A stretch of DNA of 64,000 nucleotides from Octopus sinensis (lineage: Eukaryota). Each line of letters opens with the position of its first letter. Position 1 is the first letter of the stretch. The DNA lies in assembly GCF_006345805.1 (NCBI RefSeq), contig NC_042997.1:50158001-50222000 (forward strand), given 5' to 3'. The position numbers were made by a program, and so were the translations under genes. The notes under the pieces are model-generated. The model ran no database searches, was not told the origin of the DNA, and worked only from the letters and a program-made list of their open reading frames with translations. Shown one piece after another: positions 53,190 through 64,000 of the stretch.

Positions 53190-55034
53190 ACATATATTTA
53201 TATATATGTGCATATATATGTGTGTGTGTCGATGTTTCGTTACGTATTTAGGAGGGGTTGCAATTTTACTTATGGAATATATTTATCGATACGGTTGTAC
53301 AATAGATAAATGTGTTTGAAAGTTGTGGTTTCATTTGTTTGTTTGCTCCCAAACAACACTTATTTTAGTGCTGTTGACACCGCCGGCTTGAATAGTACTG
53401 CTCAGGTGTCGAAACCATAATGATATCCGTGGGGCACCTGATGATGGAGGTATGTTGGATTACTGGTATCGCTGTTTTTGTTTATATGGATTAGTATTAT
53501 TGGATTGTTGGCATGGCTGTGGAATAGTATTATAAGACATCCTTTTAATATATATATATATGTATATACATGGAGTTAAACGCAGGTGTTATTAAAATTC
53601 TACAAAATTCAACTTTTAACTGTCTTCCATTTCACTTCCACTAAATATATCTATTTCCATGCCTTTAACCTTGATTCCTATTCACCTATCGCACTATGTT
53701 TCTCCACTTTTAATTTTCTGCTAATTTCTTTCTTCCTCCTCCGTCTCTCTCTATTAATTGTCTTTGACGTTACATATATATATATATTCCCTTCATCATA
53801 TATGCAGTAATCACATTCGGGTAAAATGTCTTATCGATGAGTTCTGTTTCACTTTTTTCCCTGATGAGAAGATTGCGTTAAATAGACACATTCATATCAT
53901 TTCTTTCACTTTGATACAAGGTTTTTCCTACAACATACGCTTTTACGTATTTTTTATACCAAACTAAAGCCACATTGGCCAAGAGTATCAGATACACCTC
54001 ATTATCAACTTCGGTTCTCTTTTCAATTATTTAACAAATGCTTTATTTATTCTATTACCTGGCCATAACTGAACGTAAGAAGGAATTTAGTAGGAACTTC
54101 ATAATTATCTTTCAGATGATATTGCTTCCAGGTTTAGTATTTGCTGAACAAGAAAAATGGTCCCCATAACAATATTATTGTGCAATTTGGTAGCTCCCAT
54201 TAAAGAAAATGCACTTTATTACGACAATACTTCGTTTAGCCTTTCCGAGATTCTTTATATGTTTCATAATATATTTATTCTTATCGGCGGTGTCCCAGCA
54301 TGGCCGCAGATCCCGAGCTGAAATTAGTAAAGAAAGAAAAAAAAGCTGTCAAATTACTGCAGACCAAGAAATCTCTTCAGATTTACTTCTGTCAAATTCC
54401 AGACAATTATGTCAGCTATTTTTCTTTCTAGACCTTTATATAATTGAAGTGAAGCCACGTACGGTAATAAAAGAAACTTTATTTTTCTCTTCTTGATATA
54501 CGAGGAAAATAGTGTCTGTGGCAATTGTCATCGTCTCAATCAACCAGTCTGCATTATTTATAAATCGAAATGCTATAGATTATTAATTTCTGTAAACACT
54601 CATCGTCAAACTAACACAGATTATGCAAACATTCTCTGTAATTATATTTTATAAATATTCTTTAGTGTTAATAGATTTGACTGAAATGTAGGAAGTATAA
54701 CAATTTCCTATGATATAATTGATCATTTGGTCAACATTTATAACTTAATCATTACAAAATGATTAAAGAAATGATACACTGAAATGAGATAATATTGTCT
54801 TCTTTGACTCCAGTTAATAGTTTCTCTTCTGATTTATGATTAAATAAAATACTCGAAATTTATGCACTAGCCATGACTACAGTTTATTCCTTCAAGAAGC
54901 AGTTAGAAATTCTGTTTTGATTTCTAATGAAAATAAATAAGCATCTCATATCATGTTGTGAAAATGTGAAAGTTGTGTGAATGTTGTACAAGCGTAGAAA
55001 AAAGATAATTTCTATCTCAAGACTTACCTATAGT

Positions 55035-55417
55035 TTACTCTTTTACTCTTTTACTTGTTTCAGTCATTTGATTGTGGCCATGCAGGAGCACCGCCTTTAG
55101 TCGAGCAAATCGACTCCATGACATATTCTTTGTAAGCCTAATACTTATTCTATCGGTCTCTTTTGCCGAACCGCTAAGTTACGGGGACGTAAACACACCA
55201 GCATCGGTTGTCAAACGATGTTGGGGGGACAAACACAGACACACACATACATATATACAACGGGCTTCTTTCAGTTTCCGTCTACCAAATCCACTCACAG
55301 GGCTTTGGTCAGCCCGTGGCTATAGTAGAAGACACTTGCTCAAGGTGCCATGCAGTGGGACTGAACCCGGAACCATGTGGTTGGTAAGCAAGCTACTTAC
55401 CACACAGCCACTCCTGC
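55035..55417 (-). mobile_element. SINE family A (full length)
   Basis: Reverse complement of the family consensus. Confidence 0.9.
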
Positions 55418-55904
55418 ATCTATTAGATATTACAATAAGCTGTAGAAGTTTTAAATCCTTTTAATCCTTCTAGGAGTCAGTGTTTACACCAAGAGTACGA
55501 TAATAGCAAAGAGGGGGGAAATCGTTATACCCGACTTGATAAAGTTTGAGAGCAACATTTCAGCAGTATGGTGCTGATACACACGCACACAAGCACACAT
55601 TCACATGCACAAACACACACATACACAAGGAAAAACGCGTACACACACACATGCCCACACGCATAGATGTATTCAAATTATGTAACAGAGGTAGCTCTAC
55701 ATGAAAATATTTATATATATGTCATACTTCACGTATGTATATCCTTGAAAATTCAGAGCCTGCAGTAGTCGTCTGGAAGAAGATGCCTTTATAGACATCC
55801 TGTGTTAAAAACAATATAAATATATCGTGTTTCAATGACATACATATTTTTCAACGATAATTATGCATTAAGTATGTTGTATAGATAAAAATTACACAGG
55901 CGGG

Positions 55905-55966
<62 letters not shown>

Positions 55967-55984
55967 GCGTTCATAAGAAGAAAG

Positions 55985-56320
55985 AGATGACACCGGATAT
56001 AACAAAAGTTATACAATGAAATTTATCAGCTTACACCTACACCAAGCGGTGGACTACTAGTTGAGTGTTCAGATACCATCGTATAGCTTCATCGGAGCCA
56101 TGGGTATGAGATGTTTCCATAGGCATCAACATAGACAGATATATAAACTCCGAAAATGTAATTTTTCCGAAAATGTAAAGTGCACTTCATATTCAAGGCT
56201 CCGATAAAGCTATAGGATGTTAGACGGATGCTCAACTAATAGTTCACCGCATCTTATAGCAGAAACAGCTCTAAGCTAATGGAGTTCATTACATAACATT
56301 TGATTTTTCCGGTGTCATTC
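55985..56320. repeat. Fold-back MITE-like element with ~115-bp imperfect arms
   Basis: gcggtggactactagttgag...tatagcttcatcggagcc (56046-99) versus its reverse complement at 56197-56250; outer atgacaccgga / tccggtgtcat. Confidence 0.8.
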
Positions 56321-56465
56321 TTAATACCAATCTATTCTCATCTAATATTATGTTCTGAAGCCTGTGTATATTGAGTTCTACACCGGGTCACGAGTCTTGC
56401 TATGCTTAGGCAAAATATTAAAATACATGTATACATATGTGTGTGTGTGTGTGTGTGTGTGTATT

Positions 56466-56672
56466 CTTTTATTTTTTCACTTGTTTCAGTCATTTCACTG
56501 CGGCCATGCTGGAGCACTGCCTTAAAGGATTTTAGTCGAAGAACTCGATCCCAGGATCTATTCTTTGTGGGCCTGGTACTTATTCTGTCAGTCTCTTTTG
56601 CTGAATCCCCAAGTTACGGCGACATAAACACACCAGCATCGGTTGTCAAGCGATGGTGGGGACACACACACA
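56466..56672 (-). mobile_element. SINE family A 3' half
   Basis: gtttcagtcatttcactgcggccatgctggagcac. Confidence 0.8.
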
Positions 56673-56694
56673 TAAACATATACATATATACTAA

Positions 56695-56880
56695 ATGCTC
56701 GAAATGAGGAGTAGATAGACAGCCGAACACTGATGAAGGGTGCTATCTCTGTGTTAACTTGTCCTGTTTTCCATTTTTTCTCTTTATTTACGTAATTCAT
56801 TCGTTTTTCCCTCGTTTGTTTACGTATTTCATGCTATTTGCTCCGTTGGTGACATTCCGTATCCACATATGCATGTATAT
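56695..56880 (+). mobile_element. Repeat family X copy
   Basis: gctcgaaatgaggagtagatagacagccga...gatgaaggg shared with 25222-25385. Confidence 0.7.
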
Positions 56881-56921
56881 GGATACGGGATCACTAACGG
56901 GGTGTCACCATCTATATATGC

Positions 56922-56963
<42 letters not shown>

Positions 56964-57127
56964 TTCCTCATTCTATATCGAGTGAAAAACGGTATGGACG
57001 TTTTGTTTTGGTGTGTCGCTCTGCTGTATACGACTATGAGGATTTGCATCCCCAACGAAACCCGTATTTTTCCCAAACTTCTCAAACCTGCTATAATGTA
57101 ATACATGTCTATGGTGTGGTACTTGTG

Positions 57128-57215
57128 CGCGGCTGAAGAAGGCTATTGACATACATGTTACATCAATTATGCATTGATATAAACTGTCCAATAAAGCCAG
57201 AAACATATGTACCAC
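57128..57215 (+). ncRNA. Hammerhead-like motif with intact core and long stem II
   Basis: CUGAAGA 57133-39, ggct/agcc plus attgaca/tgtccaat plus inner atcaat/attgat, GAAA 57200-03, ACATATGT, GUA site after 57211; stem I weak. Confidence 0.65.
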
Positions 57216-57244
57216 TAAATTCTTTGCATCCTGTATTTCTTTTG

Positions 57245-57288
<44 letters not shown>

Positions 57289-57571
57289 CTATAAATACTT
57301 TCCAGTACTCTCAGTATCAAGAATACTCTTTTGGTGTCAAAAGCTAAAACAAGTGACGCATTCTTGTCCTTCTGCAACCTCAATGGTAAGGGCTGCTTTT
57401 GCATGGATTTGTCGGAGACGTTTCTGGGTAGCACTTAGACTTTAGATACTACCATGATTAATACGCAATCTCAACATCTATTCGCTGACAACTGCATGAA
57501 AACATTGCGGAGGAGAGGAGTCGAGAAGGTTGCAGCTTTAGAGAGAAAGGATTCTGTGAAGGAAGGCGGCG

Positions 57572-57720
57572 GGGCTGGCAGAAACGTCAGCACACCGGGC
57601 TGCGGCTACGTTCTGAGTTCAAATTCCGCCAAGGTCGACTTTGCCTTTCATCCTTTCGGGGTCGATAAATTAAGTACCAGTTACGCACTGGGGTCGATGT
57701 AATCGACTTGATCCTTTTGT
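57572..57720 (+). mobile_element. SINE family B (a partial minus-strand copy also at about 58070-58145)
   Basis: ggcggcggggctggcagaaacg...gagttcaaattccgccaaggtcgactttgcc. Confidence 0.85.
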
Positions 57721-60554
57721 CTCTGAAGTTTCTAATTGTGGACCTCAGTGGTAAGAGGATCATACACAGAAGAAAGAAAAAAGATGTTTCGAAGGAGGAA
57801 GTACATTCCAAATTGTTTATTAACATTTTTGTTTTCATCTTTTAGTCAAGAAAGAAAATAGTGTCCGTGACCCTCACAAGCTATTGGAAAGGAAGAAAGA
57901 AGCTTTCCTCAAATCGGGAACCTGACCCAAATAGTTACAACAGAATATATTCGGTTTAAGGCACTCAAGGTGCCGAGCAATGGATTAAATCTACCATCGA
58001 AGCAGGCCTTTGTGGGATTTGAATTCAGAACTCAAAAAACTGGAACAAATACTATCAGGCATTCGCTCTTTATTGGTACTTTCTTTATCGACTCTGAAAG
58101 GATGAAAGTCAAATTTAACCTCGGAGAACTTTGAACTCAGAGTGCTGAGTGTCACAAGAAATATCGCGAAGCTTTTTATCTCGTACTCTAAAAACTTTGC
58201 TAAATAGCAGAAGCCCATAGAAAGGAATTTTTTCTAGTCGTATTTTGTTAGAAGTGACAGTTACTATTAAGAAGGATGACTTCAAGCCACAATGAAACTG
58301 AACAACAATTGTGTTAGCTGGTATGTGTTGATCGATGAATATTTATCAGTCACTTGGACGGCCTGCTTTTAGTCGTATTCCAGAATGTTCATGTATGTGT
58401 CTCGCGCTTACGCTTCCATCTGATATATATGAGAAGTTCTCCAGTAAGTACCTCACTCTATTTTATAGACGATCAGCAGGCAAACAGGGTTGTAGTTTGT
58501 AAAAAGAAAACCTACATTTGAGGAAGTAATTTTGACGATTCTATTTGCGAAGTAGCCAAGAGATAGCTCACCGAGATTATAAAATCTAGCTTAATGACTG
58601 AGGAGTTCAATAGTGCGCTATTTATAGCGAAATAGAGTGTAATAAAGCATTGTTCCTTTGCTAAGTGTAGTGTGTGAACCTTCGTTCTGTTAAATGAGAT
58701 TTGATTTCCATGTCACTATAAACGGATGTTTTTGAATTCTGTATTCAAGGAGGTAGTAAACGCTTGGTGTGAAATGATTATACTTTGTGTAGATGATGTC
58801 TGTGTGTTAAAACTTTATAAAGAAGTTAAGAGTTGTATCATGATTAGTAGAAGAGTGGGTATTGTAAGAAGAGATAGCAAGCAGGTTGTTATCATGTAGA
58901 AATAAGCGAGTGAGAGACACGATGAGTTCATAACAGCAATGGCAGAATATACAGTGAGAAAATACGACTTAATCTCATAAATTCTGTTAGGTCATATCAA
59001 TACAATCTTACTTAATTCGATTGCATTCTAACAGTTGATACGCATTGACAATAGACTTCTTAACTACAACACTTATTGAATTGACGTCCAAAGTTTCGTA
59101 ATCAAATAACTCACGATTAGAACAGCTGAATATTAGATGTGACGTTAATGTTTTGAAAGCACGATATTTAGATGCTGATCTCTAGTTTACCCTCCAGCTA
59201 AAATTTTGATTTAGCTCTGTTCTGTTATTATTAAATTTAACTGAATTATATATTCATTCAATATTTCTTCGGACACGTGATATAATTTCAACCTAAATAT
59301 CAATTCTTAGATTTTATTTTCCAAGTAAAAATATACAACTTTTGTCATAATATTTATTTCTCGATTTGTTTCTGAACCATCGGTCATTCCTGCAAGTTTT
59401 TGTCCATGGTGTCTTATAATATTATCATTTAGATATTTGATCAACCAGCAATTGTTTTCGTTCGTATATTTGAACAGCCTACACAAAATATTTGAGCAAT
59501 ATGAACATCTGAAGTAGTATTGCACAAAATATACTGTATAAAACTGTTATATACGATATGGATTCAGACTTAAATATTGCAACTTATGGAGAATATATTC
59601 GATAATTTCCACCTAGACTGGAGCTTTACGGAATTGTTCCCTTATTAAAGAAGGGTTAGATTTTTGAAAAAAAAAAAAAAAAAGAAACCCATTATTTTCC
59701 AAAATATACAAGCCTCTCTCTGCTTGCAAGGTATTTATTTATAGCTAGGACTGAGACAGCGAATATAAAATTCCTGTTCATGCAAGCCGGGAAACATAAA
59801 TGAGAGGCTATAACATGCTGATCAATATCCTATCGACTCAACTAGCTGCGAGTCTCACAATGCAGGAGAGAATAGAAGATAAAATAACTAAATACATACA
59901 AAATGCAAGCCATCTCCCGTGTGTCGTATAATGATTTTAAAGCAGCCATTATACATTTTCTGAAGTTGCTTTCATAAGAAAATAATAAAAATAATATTAG
60001 TTATTTATTTTACTAAAGCGTCGAGTTCTGTGTAAAATAAACGAAACGAAAACAAAGCATTGTATTTGAAGCTCACTGATCCTTTCCAAAAGCTACTTCC
60101 ATATTATTGTCCCTGGCTTCTGTGAATTCAGTATTAAACCTTTGATGCTGATTGATGAAATTGATGTGAACGATACAAATGCAAATGTGTGACGTCCACG
60201 AAAGTTTCTTTTCAACCTAACTCTCCTGATTACAATTGGACGCAGCGTAACTTTTAATTTGGACACCAGGGCAGCATACCCAGCTCTCTCACAGCTTTTG
60301 TTTTTAAAGTTTTCTGCTTGCCTTGTGTATTCTGAGGAATCACCTAATTATTTCAAATATTCATCATTCCCATTCCCCTGTCTCTCTTCCTCTTTGTCTT
60401 CATCTCTGTCTCTGTCTCTCTGTGTTAGCCACTCTCCGTATATGTTAGCCAGACACTTTGTATTTATTTAACCATCCATCTATTACTCTCTCTGCATCTC
60501 TATCTTCTGTCTCTCAATCCCCTGTTCCACTTGCTTTTCCCCCTTCTCTCCCTC

Positions 60555-60626
<72 letters not shown>

Positions 60627-60904
60627 GCCTATTTCTCTTATACTCAATTTAAACATTATTACTTTAAAACATTACACAATCGCGCGCGTGTAAAATGGTG
60701 ATTCAGTTCCAGTACACCTCAAACTCAGCACACTTGGGCGAGCTTAACATCAAAATATAATTGGCTGGTGGTTATTTATCGAAACGGAAAAATGATAAAA
60801 GGCGAAGTTGACTTATTCCGGAATAAACGGATGTAACTAAGCACCGTAAGGCAGTTTTGTTCGACGCATTAGCGATTCTTTAACAACAACAACAACAACA
60901 ACAA

Positions 60905-61483
60905 TATTGTCCTAAAAGAAGTTGAGAAAATGTCAAAGTACAAAGACCTCGAAATTGAAATATTCAAGATGTGCGGAATGAAGGTGAAAACAATTCAAGT
61001 AATAATTAGAGAATTGGGCATGATAAATATAAAACATATGAATAAAAAGGTAGAAGTTATACCTGGATCCTGCACACTGCACACTACCCCCCCCCCCAAT
61101 AGCTCTGCTAGGAACAGCCCACGTTCTACGCAAGACACCATCAATTCAATAATAAAACCTGAACAAAACAATTCACGAACACAAGACACACTCTATACTG
61201 CAAATCTCCAGTGAAATAACCTCTTACTAGCAAGCCGAATGCCCAACGCATTACACATACAACATACAATACAAATACTAATGCACCAAAAGACTGCACC
61301 ATTCCTCAAAAAAGACAGGAAAAGGAAACTGGCGCAATACAATACCGAGAAGAGTTCCCAACAACAACAAAAAAAAGACCACACAATGCTGCCCCCCACC
61401 CCCTAGCAAGACGGAGGTGTAGCAGGTGATGCAGCAGAAATTTACCTCAAACTACGATGATAGTAATAATAATAATAATAATA

Positions 61484-61530
<47 letters not shown>
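60905..61530 (+). mobile_element. R4/Dong-type LINE 3' fragment ending in (TAA)n
   Basis: KEVEKMSKYKDLEIEI.KM...KVKTI.VII..LG and IALLGTAHVLRKT.SI*, then UTR and (AAT)n at 61462-61530. Confidence 0.75.
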
Positions 61531-61534
<4 letters not shown>

Positions 61535-61655
61535 TGATGATGATCATGATAATTTATTGGGGTTCGATAAATTAAATACTAGTGAAATACTGGAGTTAAT
61601 GTAATCGATTCATCCCCTCCCCCAAAATTGCTGACCTAGTGGCAAAATTTGAAAC

Positions 61656-61656
<1 letters not shown>

Positions 61657-61692
<36 letters not shown>

Positions 61693-64000
61693 GTTATTAC
61701 TTTTTTTTTTCTTCTTTCAAATTTGCTTCCATTTCTTGCCAAGTGTCTTGCCAAGAAACTCATAGTATACATTGGTAGGCCATTAAACCAAACTCAGTAG
61801 TTCGTTCATTTTTTTTTTTAAAGTTAAATTAAAATACATGAGCAGCAACAGTTTTCACATCGACAATGCTCTTCTCAATACGTGTGATGTACCAGTTAAG
61901 ACAATCTTTTGCACTTCTTGCAGGGATGGTAAGCCAGGGATCATTCTCATATAATTTTCGGTTCCCTTCTTGATCATTCCTAGTGCACCTACGATAACTG
62001 GTATTGTAACCGCCTTGAGATGCCACATTTTCTCAATTTCAATGAGTAGGTCTTTATATTTTCCGAGCTTGTCAAACTCTTTCGCTGAGATATTATGATC
62101 ACAGGGGATGCTCATGTCGATCAATAAGCAAACTTTATTGTTTTGGTCTTTCACAACAATATCTGGTTTATTGGCCTCGATGGTTCGGTCTGTATGTACT
62201 GGAAAGTCCCACAGAATGGTTACATTTTCTCCTTCAGTTACAGCCTCAGGGTGGTGATTATACCACTTGTCGGCAGTTTTGATATTGTAATGCCGACTTA
62301 TTAGCCAGTGTAGATATTGGCCAACTCTGTCATGTCTTAATTTATACTCCACTGGTGCTAAGACTTTACATCCAGAGATTAGGTGGTCCACTGTTTCAAT
62401 CATGTCGTTGCAGAATCGGCATTTTGGGTCTGCTCCATTTTTCATTACATTGTCCTAGTAGTTCCGGGTTAATAGGCTTTGATCTTGAGCAGCCAGGATG
62501 AAACCTTCGCTCTCTGCTTTTAGCCCTGAGCTCCGTAGCCACTGATGGGTTTGCTTCTGGTCAACATCAGCTTGTTTGCTTGCGGGTCACATATTTGCCG
62601 TGCAGAGGTTTCTCCTCCCACCTATCAGCCAATTGCTCGTGCGCTTTCTTCATTGCCATCATTTTCACCTTCTTTGCAACAATAGTTGCCGTACTTCCCT
62701 CGGATTGTTCAGTTTGGGTATCCTGCACGAGATCAATAGCAAATTCTTTGCTTTCCTTTATGATAGAATGAAGCTTCTTTCGTCTCTCGTGATTTTCCAC
62801 GAGCTTTAGCATCCAGTCATTCGATATTTCGAGATATTTGGCCAGTCCAATTGTGGTTGTTTTGTAAGCTAGTTCAAATTGGATCAGGCCTCGACCTCCT
62901 TGGGCTCTGGGAAGGTAAAGGCGATCTACGTCTGCCTTTGGGTGGTGCATCCTATTACAACTCAGCAGCTTGCGTATTTTTCTATCTATATTCTTTACTT
63001 CACTCATATTCCAGTTCAACACATTGTAGCTATAAGTAACAACTGGAACTGCTAAGGAATTTATAGCTAACACCTTGTTACGTGCATTTAGTTCAGATTT
63101 CAGGACTGCACGAACTCTCCTATAACATTCCTTCCTGATCTTCTCTTTCATGCTTGCATGCTGAATACCAGAGCCTTCATTTATCCCCAAATATTTGTAT
63201 GTTTGTTCTTGCTCAAGCTCTCTTATGACTGTGTCAACATCTAACACGAATGAATTTGTGGTCTTCACTTTCCCTTTCTGGAAAGTGGCCTTGGCACACT
63301 TCTCAAGTCCAAACTCCATCCCGATGTCATCGCTGAATGCTTTCACGGTGCGCAATAGGCCTTCAAGTTCATTATTGTCTTTACTATAAAGTTTTAAGTC
63401 ATCCATATAAAATAGATGGCTTATTTTTTTATTGGCAATTTTATACCCATACCCTGTTCTGTTTAATTCACTTGTAAGGGGTATTAGGGCTATGCAGAAT
63501 ATTAAAGGTGAAAGTGAGTCACCTTGAAAAATTCCACAGTTGATGTTTATATTTTCTGAGGCAAGTACTCCATTAGAGTGGTATAATTGGAGATTCGTAT
63601 TCCACAACGACATATTGTGCTTCAGGAAGTTTGAAATCACAGGGAAAATTTTGAAGATGTCCAGCGATCTCAAGATCCATGGATGCGGTATACTGTCGAA
63701 GGCCTTTTTGTAGTCAATCCACGCGGTGCTGAGATTTCTGCGCTTGTTGTGACAGTTCTCAAGGATCATACGATTGATTAGCAGTTGATCTTTGCATCCG
63801 TAAGAGCCTCGGCGGCACCCTTTTTGTTCAATGGGGAAAATATCGTTCTTCTCCATGAATGCATATGTTTTCTCCGCCAGGATAGATGTTAGGATTTTAT
63901 ACGTGGTGGATAGACAGGTTATAGGCCGATAGTTTTTTGGAAGGTTGGTTTCGTTATTCTTTGGGAGTAGGTAAGTAATGCCACTTGCTAACCATTCAGG
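61657..64000 (-). mobile_element. R4/Dong-clade non-LTR retrotransposon (RT, CCHC finger, restriction-like endonuclease), truncated by the window edge
   Basis: Collinear RT and RLE, short 3' UTR, and a (TAA)n tail/target at 61657-61700. Confidence 0.9.
61855..64000 (-). pseudogene. R4/Dong ORF with two lesions
   Basis: NYRPITCL, WIDYKKAFDS, GIFQGDSLSP, YMDDLKLY; +1 frameshift near 62580 and TAG at 62455-57; then CRFC..ETVDHLISGC, RHD, KPDIVV...LIDMSIP, KLGKYKDL. Confidence 0.9.

Noticed and set aside
53400-53450. gaaa...ctgatga in permuted order inside a caggtgtc/ggcacctg hairpin
   Set aside because: Cannot build the A15.1-U16.1 pair and NUH site for a type II/III hammerhead.
58335-58502. 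55-codon ORF with an internal GTAAGT donor at 58444
   Set aside because: Unrecognised peptide with ambiguous acceptors; insufficient support for an exon.
60140-60200. MLIDEID, a Walker-B-like peptide
   Set aside because: Short frame bounded by stops, with no Walker A or splice context.

Overview
AT-rich, microsatellite-saturated, gene-poor animal genomic DNA; the SINE families and LINE types are those I recognise from Octopus (recognition, not a database result). I cannot support any host protein-coding gene, and most listed ORFs are microsatellite artefacts. The window is a transposon graveyard. It holds a near-full-length but disrupted Penelope-like element (PLE; RT plus C-terminal GIY-YIG, 28.4-31.8 kb) and several other PLE remnants. 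It also holds a young R4/Dong-type LINE running off the right edge, with a second convergent fragment, plus Hero-type and RTE fragments, mariner DD34D and maT DD37D remnants, hAT MITEs, about 30 tRNA-SINE copies from 4 families and a U6 pseudogene fused to a SINE. The most striking unannotated layer is RNA structure. About a dozen minimal type I hammerhead-ribozyme motifs sit in PLE tails, several with palindromic stem III and non-canonical cores. There are also several 130-700 bp fold-back hairpins and two candidate promoters (a triple CRE cluster and a CCAAT palindrome). All structures were read by eye, and repeat coordinates are approximate (about +/-10 nt).
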